From positions 1,067,246 through 1,131,245 of the forward strand of contig OZ246975.1 in assembly GCA_965232485.1 (NCBI GenBank): a DNA stretch of 64,000 nucleotides, in the 5' to 3' direction. How positions within the stretch are numbered: the stretch's first letter is position 1; each line of letters begins with the position of its first letter. The stretch comes from Rhodothermales bacterium (GTDB lineage: Bacteria > Bacteroidota > Rhodothermia > Rhodothermales > VXPQ01). Positions 56,509 to 64,000 of the stretch are shown in pieces. The notes under the pieces are model-generated. The model ran no database searches and was not told the DNA's origin. It saw only the letters and a program-made list of their open reading frames with translations. The position numbers and the translations under genes were made by a program.

Positions 56509-57357
56509 TTAACAGGAACGGGCAACAACGTCGCCGGCTCTGGTCATGTTTTCGACGACGACGCACCCTTCGCTGTCGATGTATGAACTAATTTCCGGTT
56601 GTTTATACATCCTGACCACCAGCGGCTCCCCCGTCTGCAAGCCGGGATGGATGCACTGGGTGGCCTCGGGCTTGAAGGTCCAAAGGTCCTCGTCGTAGTT
56701 CCAGAACGTCATATGGACGTCCTCGCCCCGCTGAACAAGGTGGACTTCCATAGGCCCCTCGGGGTAGTAATGCAAAAGAGAGCCCAGCATAGCCCCGGCA
56801 AGAGCTTTTTTGGGATCCGACTCTCCTTCCGCTTCGCTGGCCAGAAGAATGCTTCTGTCGCGCACGGTATTGATTCGATAGTCCGTTTCGAGATTCAACG
56901 CAACCAGCGTGTTGAGCATGGCTTCCGGGAGGTACGAACTCAACGTAAAATGTTCCCTGGCGGGATAGAGCACAAGAATATCGTTCGAGCCGAATCCGTC
57001 TTCCGTGATATCCATAAAGACCGCATGGGTATACTCGGGATCGTTCGGAAAGATGATCTGATCTTCCAGAAAACGACCTATGAATTCCAGGTCATACACC
57101 TCGGCGACAGGAACGACGCGCTGATTCGCCATTGCTTCCTGCCCGCGCGCGACGCGGGAGGGCAAAAGCAACAGGATCGAGAAAACAAGAATGCGCCCCG
57201 CAATACGCGCGAAAGACAGGGGACGGGCCAGGGAGCCGAGGCGCCCCGAAGTTTTGCCGTTGCGGCCTGTCGACGCCGCTGCCGGGTAGCGATCATGCGT
57301 TCCGGCGGGTACGTCGCAAGCGCCCGGCTTGTTGTCCATTGAACAGAACATGTGCAT
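56509..57357 (-). CDS. Hypothetical secreted/anchored protein, first gene of the cluster
   Basis: Hydrophobic N-terminal segment ARIAGRILVFSILLLLPSRVARGQ. No family recognised. 14-nt gap to the next gene. Confidence 0.5.
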   Translation of the reverse strand: MHMFCSMDNKPGACDVPAGTHDRYPAAASTGRNGKTSGRLGSLARPLSFARIAGRILVFSILLLLPSRVARGQEAMANQRVVPVAEVYDLEFIGRFLEDQIIFPNDPEYTHAVFMDITEDGFGSNDILVLYPAREHFTLSSYLPEAMLNTLVALNLETDYRINTVRDRSILLASEAEGESDPKKALAGAMLGSLLHYYPEGPMEVHLVQRGEDVHMTFWNYDEDLWTFKPEATQCIHPGLQTGEPLVVRMYKQPEISSYIDSEGCVVVENMTRAGDVVARSC

Positions 57358-57891
57358 TGCCAGGAATGGTTCGTAAAATCCGGGATTCAGCGGTTCCCGG
57401 CGCGTTTTTCAGGCGCAGCGCCGCACCGGGACATATTGATCGCCTGGATGAACCGCTGGCGTATAATATACCGCGAAAAACGGGTTTATCAAACAAGTTA
57501 ATGAGAACATTTTGCGGGCTCCGGCGATTTTCCGGGGCGAGCGATCAGACAGCGAAGCGACGGACCATAAACAAAGCGATCTCTCGCCGGACGGTTGCCT
57601 AAAAAATTAAGGAAACGAAAATAGAGGGTTAACTAATTAAGGATGTTCTTTGTCCGGAGCCGCGCCTATGTCTCGCCCGTCTCTTTCATCCCTGCGGGGC
57701 GCATTCCACGAAATCGACGCCGACCCGGACATGCGCCCCGATCCGCTTCGCGAAAACTTCTTTGCGTTCCGGACTCGCCAATCTTGACAATCTCGCATGA
57801 ATAGCCGTACTTACAGGGCAAGGCGGGCGCCGGTTTTGCAAAATATTATCAGGACAGGATACCCTGATTCTTCAAGCCGGTTTTTATACGC

Positions 57892-57967
57892 GGGGCCATA
57901 GCTCAGTTGGTAGAGCGCTACAATGGCATTGTAGAGGTCAGGGGTTCGATTCCCCTTGGCTCCACCA
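57892..57967 (+). tRNA. tRNA-Ala (anticodon GGC), CCA encoded
   Basis: GGGGCCA-TA-GCTC-AGTTGGTA-GAGC-G-CTACA-ATGGCAT-TGTAG-AGGTC-AGGGG-TTCGATT-CCCCT-TGGCTCC-A-CCA. The cloverleaf folds by eye and carries the G3:U70 alanine identity pair. Confidence 0.95.
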
Positions 57968-58075
57968 GTTCGGCGGAATGCGCCCGCCTTCGTACCCTCG
58001 AAGAGACCCTTCCCCGTCGCCCAACCTTAAAAAGTAAGGCGAGGAATTTCAGACTTAAAAAATTAAGGCGGACCT

Positions 58076-58987
58076 TTATCGCATGGGTTCCACATGCGCC
58101 GCCTCTGGACGCCAGGCCCTGCCGACGGGCGCCCACGGAGGCGCCACTTCCTGACGAATGCTCCCCAGCCGCTCGATTTCCAGGTCCACCACATAGCCTA
58201 CCCGCAGATACTTCGGGGGCGTCATGCCCAGTCCGACGCCTTCCGGCGTACCCGTGGACAAAATATCTCCCGGGAGCAGCGTCATAAAGCGGCTCACATA
58301 GCTTATGAGAACGGACGCCGGGAAAATCATATCCCCGGTCGAACTGCGCTGCATCTCTTCGCCGTTGAGCGTAAGCCGCATGTCCAGGTTCTGTACGTCG
58401 GGAATCTCGTCCGGAGTAACGAGCGCAGGGCCTATCGGGGAAAACGTATCGCAACTCTTCCCCTTCGCCCACTGCCCGCCTCGTTCGATCTGGTAGGCCC
58501 GTTCGGAAACATCGTTCATGATCGAATAGCCCGCCACATAGTCCAGCGCCTCGCTTTCCGAAACGTATTTCGCTCGCCGTCCTATGATCACGGCCAGTTC
58601 GATTTCCCAGTCGGTTTTTCTGGAGCCGCGCGGCAGGACGATGGGATCGAACGGCCCGCTGAGCGACGAACTCGCCTTCATGAACAACACCGGCTCCTCC
58701 GGCGCAGCCATCTTCGACTCCCTCGCATGCTTGTGGTAATTCAGTCCGACGCATACGATCTTGCTCGGTCGAGCGACCGGCGGCGCAAGACGCTCGCCCG
58801 CATCGACCCGGGGCGCCTCGGCGGCCCGCCCCGCTTCAAGCCATGTCCGCAGCCGAGCCATGCCGCCTCCGTCGAAAAACGCTTCGTCGTAGTCGCGGGC
58901 CGCGGCGGAAGCGTCCACGCAGGTTCCGTCCGCAAGCAAAAGGCCCGGCTTTTCGGCGCCGGGCGAACCGAATCGAATGAGTCGCAT
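58076..58987 (-). CDS. Fumarylacetoacetate hydrolase (FAH) family protein (2-keto-acid hydratase / diketo-acid hydrolase type)
   Basis: ..KIVCVGLNYHKHARE..EPVLFMKA..DWEIELAVIIGR..GYSIMNDVSER..W.KGKSCDTFSPIGP..GDILSTGTPEGVG. Confidence 0.9.
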   Translation of the reverse strand: MRLIRFGSPGAEKPGLLLADGTCVDASAAARDYDEAFFDGGGMARLRTWLEAGRAAEAPRVDAGERLAPPVARPSKIVCVGLNYHKHARESKMAAPEEPVLFMKASSSLSGPFDPIVLPRGSRKTDWEIELAVIIGRRAKYVSESEALDYVAGYSIMNDVSERAYQIERGGQWAKGKSCDTFSPIGPALVTPDEIPDVQNLDMRLTLNGEEMQRSSTGDMIFPASVLISYVSRFMTLLPGDILSTGTPEGVGLGMTPPKYLRVGYVVDLEIERLGSIRQEVAPPWAPVGRAWRPEAAHVEPMR

Positions 58988-59014
58988 GGAATAAGAATAG
59001 CGGATTCGTATGGA

Positions 59015-59821
59015 TCAAGGGCGCAGTGAAATGGAGCCCCCGTCTATGGGGAAAAGCGAGCCGGTCACGAAGGACGCCTCATCCGAGCACAGGTACAGCG
59101 CGAGGGCCGACACTTCTTCCGGGGTCCCCATCCGGCCCATAGGCTGCGCCGCCGCAAGCCGGTCGTACGCTTCCTGTTCCCGGCCCGGATAATTCCGGGC
59201 GAGATACCCGTCCACGAACGGGGTATGAATGCGCGCCGGGGCAATGGCGTTGCACCGAATGCCCTCCCGCACATAATCGCAGGCCACCGAAAGCGTCATG
59301 GCGAGCACGGCGCCCTTGCTCATGGAATAGGCAAACCGATCCGGAATGCCGATAACCGACACCGTCGAAGCCATGTTCGCGATGGCGCCGCCCCGCCCGA
59401 GCATGCCCTGCACCGCGGCCCGAAGGCAATGGTACGCGCCCTTGACGTTGACCTGGTACACCCGGTCGAAATCCTCTTCGGACGTCGTCGCCGCGGCGCC
59501 CACATGGGACACGCCCGCATTGTTGAAAAGGACATCCGGCGGGCCCATATCCGCGGCGACGGCCCGAAAGGTTTCGCGCACCGCCTCGCCGTCGGCCACG
59601 TTGCAGGCGTAAAAAATCGCCGACGGCCCGATATCGGCGGCCAGCGCCTGCCCGGCTTCCTCGTTTACGTCCAGCAACGCGAGGCAGGCGCCTTCCCGCG
59701 CAAACAACTCCGCCGTGGCCTTGCCGATCCCCGAAGCGGCTCCGGTCACTACGGCGGTGCGGCCCGCAAGCCGTCCGCCCTCGCGCATGTCAGAAGCAGG
59801 CGAATGCATAACCGGATTCAT
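59015..59821 (-). CDS. Classical short-chain dehydrogenase/reductase
   Basis: GRTAVVTGAASGIGKA..NNAG..SKGA (YxxxK: YSMSKGA). The ATG at 59821 overlaps the upstream sulfatase TGA (ATGA). Alternative start at 59788. Confidence 0.9.
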   Translation of the reverse strand: MNPVMHSPASDMREGGRLAGRTAVVTGAASGIGKATAELFAREGACLALLDVNEEAGQALAADIGPSAIFYACNVADGEAVRETFRAVAADMGPPDVLFNNAGVSHVGAAATTSEEDFDRVYQVNVKGAYHCLRAAVQGMLGRGGAIANMASTVSVIGIPDRFAYSMSKGAVLAMTLSVACDYVREGIRCNAIAPARIHTPFVDGYLARNYPGREQEAYDRLAAAQPMGRMGTPEEVSALALYLCSDEASFVTGSLFPIDGGSISLRP

Positions 59822-61296
59822 TCTTCGATGAGCGCGTCGAGCTGGATGGGCCAGGGATTCAGCCCCGCCCGATGCTCCGCCACGCGCGCCATAATCTCTT
59901 CCAATACCTCCGGGCGCTCCGCGGATAAATCGAATCGCTCGGCCGGATCGTGCTCCAGATGATTCAGGATGGGCGGATCGCGCGGCGCGGGATCGTCCCC
60001 GACGTAGGCCCGCTGCGTGATAAAATGGGCTTTCCAGGGACCCACGCGCGCGGCGAAAATGCGCGTACCCCGGTAATACAGAATCATGTCGTGCGCCTCC
60101 TCGTCGCTGCCCCGGAGGATATGCCCGATATCCATCCCGTCTATGACCCGATCGTCCGGAACCGGCGCGCCCGCCATGCCCAGCGCCGTGGGAAACACAT
60201 CCATGGCCGTCACCAGCGCCGAATTGACCACCCCCTCCGGGATCATGCCGGGGCGCCACGCCAATGCAGGCACCCGCATGCCGCCCTCGTACGTGGTGCC
60301 CTTTCCGTCTCGCAAAAGCCCCGCCGATCCGCCGTGCGTCCGGAAAATCAGCCAGGGGCCGTTGTCGCTCGTAAAGAAAACGAGCGTGTTCTCCGCAATG
60401 CCCTCTTCTTCGAGCGTTTTCATGATCTGCCCCACGCTCCAGTCGATCTCTTCAATCACGTCTCCATAGAGGCCCGCCTTGCTGCGTCCGGCGAACGCGG
60501 CGCTGCGAAAAAGCGGCGTGTGCGGCATGCTGTGCGCCAGATACAGGAAAAACGGCTCGGCGGCATGGTCCTTAATGAAAGCCACCGCCTCCTGCGTATA
60601 CCGGCGGGTAATGGTTTCCTGATCGACCGGGCGCTCAATGATTTCCGTATCGCGCAGGAGCGGCACGTTCCAGTATTCGGATTTGGGGTCCCAGAAAATT
60701 TCCTGCCATTCGCCGCCTGCGACGCGGTCCATGTCGTTGGAATAGGGAATCCCGTAATACGAATCAAATCCGTGATTGGTGGGCAAAAACGGTTTGAGGT
60801 GGCCAAGATGCCACTTGCCCACCATGCCGGTCGCATACCCAACGCCCCGGAGCGCTTCGGCGATCGTAATTTCGCGATCCGGCAAACCGAGCCGGGAATC
60901 CGGAAAAAAGACCCGGCGACGGTCGCTGACCATCCCGCTCCGGATCGGCAGGCGGCCGGTAAGCAGCGCAGCCCGGCTGGGCGTACACACCGAAGCGCCC
61001 ACGTAAAACTGGGTGAATTTCATTCCCTCCGCCGCCATGCGGTCCAGATTGGGCGTACGGATGGTCGGATGTCCGTATGCGCCGATATCGCCGTAGCCGA
61101 GGTCGTCCGCAAAGATGAGCACCAGGTTCGGGGGACGATCCTCCTGCGCCGCCGCCGGGGCGCAGGCAAACGCCGTCAGCGCGGCGAGCAACGCGGCGCA
61201 GGCGGAAACGCGGGCGAAAGCGGCGGGGCGACGAAACGCCGACCGCGCCGCGCAAAGGATAGCGTACAACTTCAAAGCAACGGGGCTGATATTCAT
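59818..61296 (-). CDS. Sulfatase (arylsulfatase-A-like, Cys-type)
   Basis: Signal-like N-terminus from the ATG at 61296. NLVLIFADDLGYGDIG..ASVCTPSRAALLTGR..GKWHLG. Confidence 0.9.
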   Translation of the reverse strand: MNISPVALKLYAILCAARSAFRRPAAFARVSACAALLAALTAFACAPAAAQEDRPPNLVLIFADDLGYGDIGAYGHPTIRTPNLDRMAAEGMKFTQFYVGASVCTPSRAALLTGRLPIRSGMVSDRRRVFFPDSRLGLPDREITIAEALRGVGYATGMVGKWHLGHLKPFLPTNHGFDSYYGIPYSNDMDRVAGGEWQEIFWDPKSEYWNVPLLRDTEIIERPVDQETITRRYTQEAVAFIKDHAAEPFFLYLAHSMPHTPLFRSAAFAGRSKAGLYGDVIEEIDWSVGQIMKTLEEEGIAENTLVFFTSDNGPWLIFRTHGGSAGLLRDGKGTTYEGGMRVPALAWRPGMIPEGVVNSALVTAMDVFPTALGMAGAPVPDDRVIDGMDIGHILRGSDEEAHDMILYYRGTRIFAARVGPWKAHFITQRAYVGDDPAPRDPPILNHLEHDPAERFDLSAERPEVLEEIMARVAEHRAGLNPWPIQLDALIEE

Positions 61297-61435
61297 AACT
61301 TGGCTGTGTTCAGGTTCGTTTAGCCATACGATTCCGGGTCGCGAACGCGCCTGTCCGGGCTGTTTTCCGGCGCAATGGCGCGAGGCGAACAAGGCGCTCT
61401 GCATATTCTGCAAGATACATTCCGTACGATCCGCC

Positions 61436-62095
61436 CTATAGCTCTTGTTTCGCTTCCGCCACGCTCCGGCAAAGTATGCGGGCGTTTTCCGTCAATTTGC
61501 CGAAGTCGCCTTCCGCAATGGCTTGCTTGTCCAGCAAGGAAGACCCCACGCCGACGGCCACGGCGCCGGCGCGGATCCAGTCGCCCGCATTCTCTGGAGA
61601 GACGCCGCCGGTGGGCATCAATTTCAGGTGCGGCATGGGCGCCAGCGTCGCCTTGAAATACGGTATTCCCACCACGCCGGACGGAAACACCTTGACCACA
61701 TCGGCGCCGGCCTCGGTGGCTTCGAGTATTTCCGTGGGGGAAAATGCGCCCGGCATGACCGGCGCGCCCCGTTCGTGCGCAGCGCGAATGATTTCCTTCC
61801 TGAAAACCGGACTCACCACATAGCGCGCCCCGGCGTCGATGGCCCGCCGAACGTCCGCGGCGTCCAGCGCGGAACCCACCCCGATCTCCACATCGGACAG
61901 GGTGGCGGCGACCTCGCCAATGGCCTGCAAGGCGCCCGGCGTCGTCAAGGTGATTTCGATGGCGGCAACCCCGCCGTCCCGAATCGCCTCCACGACGCGG
62001 AGCACATGCGCGGCGTCCGGCAACCGAACCACCGCCACCACGCCGGAGGCAAGGATGCGCTGGAGAACCGCTTCACGAGAAGAAACGACAGACAT
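61436..62095 (-). CDS. eda: KDPG/KHG-family (2-dehydro-3-deoxy-phosphogluconate-type) aldolase
   Basis: ..GVVAVVRLPD..GGVAAIEITLTTPGAL..GVGSAL..YVVSP..MPGAFSPTEI..VKVFP (Schiff-base Lys)..MPTGGVS. Confidence 0.85.
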   Translation of the reverse strand: MSVVSSREAVLQRILASGVVAVVRLPDAAHVLRVVEAIRDGGVAAIEITLTTPGALQAIGEVAATLSDVEIGVGSALDAADVRRAIDAGARYVVSPVFRKEIIRAAHERGAPVMPGAFSPTEILEATEAGADVVKVFPSGVVGIPYFKATLAPMPHLKLMPTGGVSPENAGDWIRAGAVAVGVGSSLLDKQAIAEGDFGKLTENARILCRSVAEAKQEL

Positions 62096-62307
62096 TGCGG
62101 CGCGGCGTTGTTTGTTTTGGGGACGTTTATTTCGGGAAATCGAGCGCGAATGGCCAACAGGCGCAACGCAAAAGCCAAGATACGACCTTGCGGCGGGAAC
62201 CGGAAGAAGCGTTCCAGTATCCTTCGGAAGCAAATCGGTTCGGATTCGACGGCGAAGCGACGTTCATTGGCGACTTGCAGAGTACGTTACAACAACCTGG
62301 ACAGGCG

Positions 62308-64000
62308 CTACGCCTGCAACCCGGGCGTCAGGGCTACCTCAATCTTGCGCAGAACGCCTTCGCGGCGAAACAGGCTTTCGCTGGACGCGCGATCCAGCGA
62401 AAGGCCATCCAGTCGACGAACCGCGCCGTCCCGATCTGTAACCCGGACGCCGGACTTCGAAGCCACGCGGTATGCAACAGGCGTCTGACACCAGGTGAAC
62501 GCCAGCATATCCGGCAGCAGGTCCAGCGTCCGGAGGCGTCCCTCTGTATCGCGCCAGCTGAATTCGGCGGGGCGCGTCAAAAATTCGTCGCGGCGCAACA
62601 ACGTGGGACGGAAATGGACCCTGCCCTCCCGAACGATTACGCCCAGTTCGCCCCAGCGACACAAAATATCTTCCTTTACCTGCCCTGTCATACCCGGTTG
62701 CTGCGCGCCCGCATGCGCCGGGGTATGGGAATACGGATCGGAAGGAAAGGCCCCGAACTGCTCCGGCGTTCTGTGCATGCCCAGGCCGCTGCGAATGGCG
62801 TAATAGCGCTCGGCCAGCCCGCGCCGCACCGCCTCGTCCTCCCCGGCGTCCTCCGCAGCGCGAAAGCACTCCAGCACGGCGAGCAACAATTTGGACGTCA
62901 TGTGCCAGTAGACGCTGCCCAACCCCTCGTATCCGTAGAACGTGCCGGAGCGTCCGGTGTACGAACGATGGTCGAACGTCTCCTCGAACAGGGCCAGCGC
63001 CGCCTCGCCATCCTGCTCGACAGCCCGGGCGTATCCCTCTTCCTGCTGCAAAACGTTCAGGACGGCTTGTACGGAATCCGCATTGCGGAAGGCGCCATGA
63101 AAATGCCACCCTCCCTCTTCGTCTGGCAGGATCAATCGGCGATCTCCCGCGCTCGCCATCGTCCGCAGAAGCGGGATTTCCTCCACGCGACCCGGCTCGA
63201 TCCGGTTCTTTTCGAGGAACCGGGGCAGCGTACGATCGGGGTAGAGGAGGTACGTGTTTCGCCGCGGGCAATACAACGGCCCGGCCCGCATCGCGGACAA
63301 TACTTCGAGCGCCTCCCGGCCCGAAAGCGTTCCGGCGCTGAGCACGGCCACCTGCCCCTCCAGCATTTCGTACATGGACCGAAGCCGGACGGCGTTCCCG
63401 GACGAAACCGACAGCAGGTTGTAGGCATGGAAAAGACCATCCGGGCGACGCGCAGCACGGATGCTGTGTTTGGCGAACGCGGCGGCGCGGGCCAGCAGCG
63501 TCAGCACGGCATCGCGTCGCACGGCCTGCGTCCCGCCCGAAAATCCCTGTTCGTAAATCCTCTCCCGGTATGCGCTCCCGGCCTCGCCCAGCGCATCCAT
63601 TGCCTTTTTCCGATCCTCGTCGGTCCAGGGGCCGGAGGCAAGATGTTGGCGCCGACCCAGCGCGGCGGAAATCGCCTCCGCAAAACCGGCCACTTCTTCG
63701 GAAACGTTCAACGTTTCGCGCGGCGACCCGGCGAACAGATCGGCGACCAGACGCACGAACCGGTGCAGATAACACAGCGTAACCATGGATACGCCGTACC
63801 CCACGAGGGCATTGTTCGCATCGTTCCACTCGGGGCGTTGCGTATTCATCCAGATTCCGCCCTCCGGAACGAAGTTGGTTAGCCGCGCCAGGATCGCGAC
63901 AAGCAATTTTTCGGCCAGATTCGCCAGATACGGGTTGCCGTCGGCGTCCGGAACAAGTTTTCCGTCTCCTCCGATCTCTGCCGCGCGGCGAGAGGAATCT
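62308..64000 (-). CDS. Conserved hypothetical large protein, 5' end beyond window
   Basis: The frame remains open from 63906 to nt 64000 by my own translation (..DSSRRAAEIGGDGKLVPDADGNPYLANLAEKLLVAIL..). Contains ..RPEWNDANNALVGYG.. and ..GYEGLGSVYWHM.., reminiscent of alpha/alpha-barrel glycan enzymes. No firm family call. Confidence 0.55.
   Translation of the reverse strand, partial: DSSRRAAEIGGDGKLVPDADGNPYLANLAEKLLVAILARLTNFVPEGGIWMNTQRPEWNDANNALVGYGVSMVTLCYLHRFVRLVADLFAGSPRETLNVSEEVAGFAEAISAALGRRQHLASGPWTDEDRKKAMDALGEAGSAYRERIYEQGFSGGTQAVRRDAVLTLLARAAAFAKHSIRAARRPDGLFHAYNLLSVSSGNAVRLRSMYEMLEGQVAVLSAGTLSGREALEVLSAMRAGPLYCPRRNTYLLYPDRTLPRFLEKNRIEPGRVEEIPLLRTMASAGDRRLILPDEEGGWHFHGAFRNADSVQAVLNVLQQEEGYARAVEQDGEAALALFEETFDHRSYTGRSGTFYGYEGLGSVYWHMTSKLLLAVLECFRAAEDAGEDEAVRRGLAERYYAIRSGLGMHRTPEQFGAFPSDPYSHTPAHAGAQQPGMTGQVKEDILCRWGELGVIVREGRVHFRPTLLRRDEFLTRPAEFSWRDTEGRLRTLDLLPDMLAFTWCQTPVAYRVASKSGVRVTDRDGAVRRLDGLSLDRASSESLFRREGVLRKIEVALTPGLQA

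Noticed and set aside
57668-57787. 39-codon ORF (MSRPSLSSLRGAFHEIDADPDMRPDPLRENFFAFRTRQS) with GGAG 8 nt upstream, in the 534-nt spacer before tRNA-Ala.
   Set aside because: There is no recognisable family, composition is unremarkable, and there is no supporting conservation evidence. It could equally be promoter or leader DNA for the divergent cluster and the tRNA.
1-64000. Scanned for CRISPR arrays, rRNA genes, integrases/recombinases next to the tRNA, and phage structural genes.
   Set aside because: No regularly spaced direct repeats, no rRNA-like sequence, no tyrosine or serine recombinase motifs and no phage structural genes were seen. The only transposases are the IS3-type frames.

Overview
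High-GC (by eye above 60%) bacterial chromosome segment. The gene content points to the Bacteroidota/Rhodothermota group: a T9SS C-terminal sorting domain, a TonB-dependent receptor with a carboxypeptidase-regulatory-like N-terminus paired with DUF4249, and DUF3098. A GGAGG Shine-Dalgarno precedes hsp20. All homology calls come from my reading of the supplied translations; nothing was searched.

Layout:
- 0-17.7 kb: secreted CotH/LTD protein, a Gfo/Idh/MocA-MFS-DUF1080 operon, a cupredoxin / FG-GAP / membrane-bound-dehydrogenase-domain operon, a PhyH dioxygenase, a split HipA-like kinase pair and a DUF5060 glycosidase.
- 17.7-18.8 kb: decayed gene fragments.
- 18.8-24.2 kb: SDR, hsp20 bracketed by a repeat family, DUF4249 and a TonB-dependent receptor.
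- 24.2-29.0 kb: visibly AT-rich island with one apparently intact IS3-family element (right end unresolved), one deleted IS3 relative, small orphan ORFs and a DUF3883 nuclease-like gene pair.
- 29-43 kb: housekeeping genes (gyrA, lat, lipA, ndk, DUF1343, dacB, dapA, dapB, thrA), with a MITE-like insertion between thrA and dapB.
- 43-49 kb: two sulfatases and a DUF5916 outer-membrane protein.
- 49-57.4 kb: eight-gene minus-strand cluster combining MotA/ExbB-like and two ExbD-like stator proteins with otherwise unrecognisable envelope proteins and a T5orf172/zinc-ribbon protein.
- 57.9 kb: tRNA-Ala(GGC).
- 58-64 kb: FAH-SDR-sulfatase-KDPG aldolase catabolic genes and a 5'-truncated unknown gene.

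Best candidates for something undescribed are the stator-containing envelope cluster, the MotA-like/T5orf172 overlapping pair, the order-permuted split HipA module, and the DUF3883 two-gene module in the AT-rich island. Many long ORFs in the track are antisense artefacts of high GC and were discarded. Several track ORFs were shortened to internal starts that give signal peptides or the expected N-termini.
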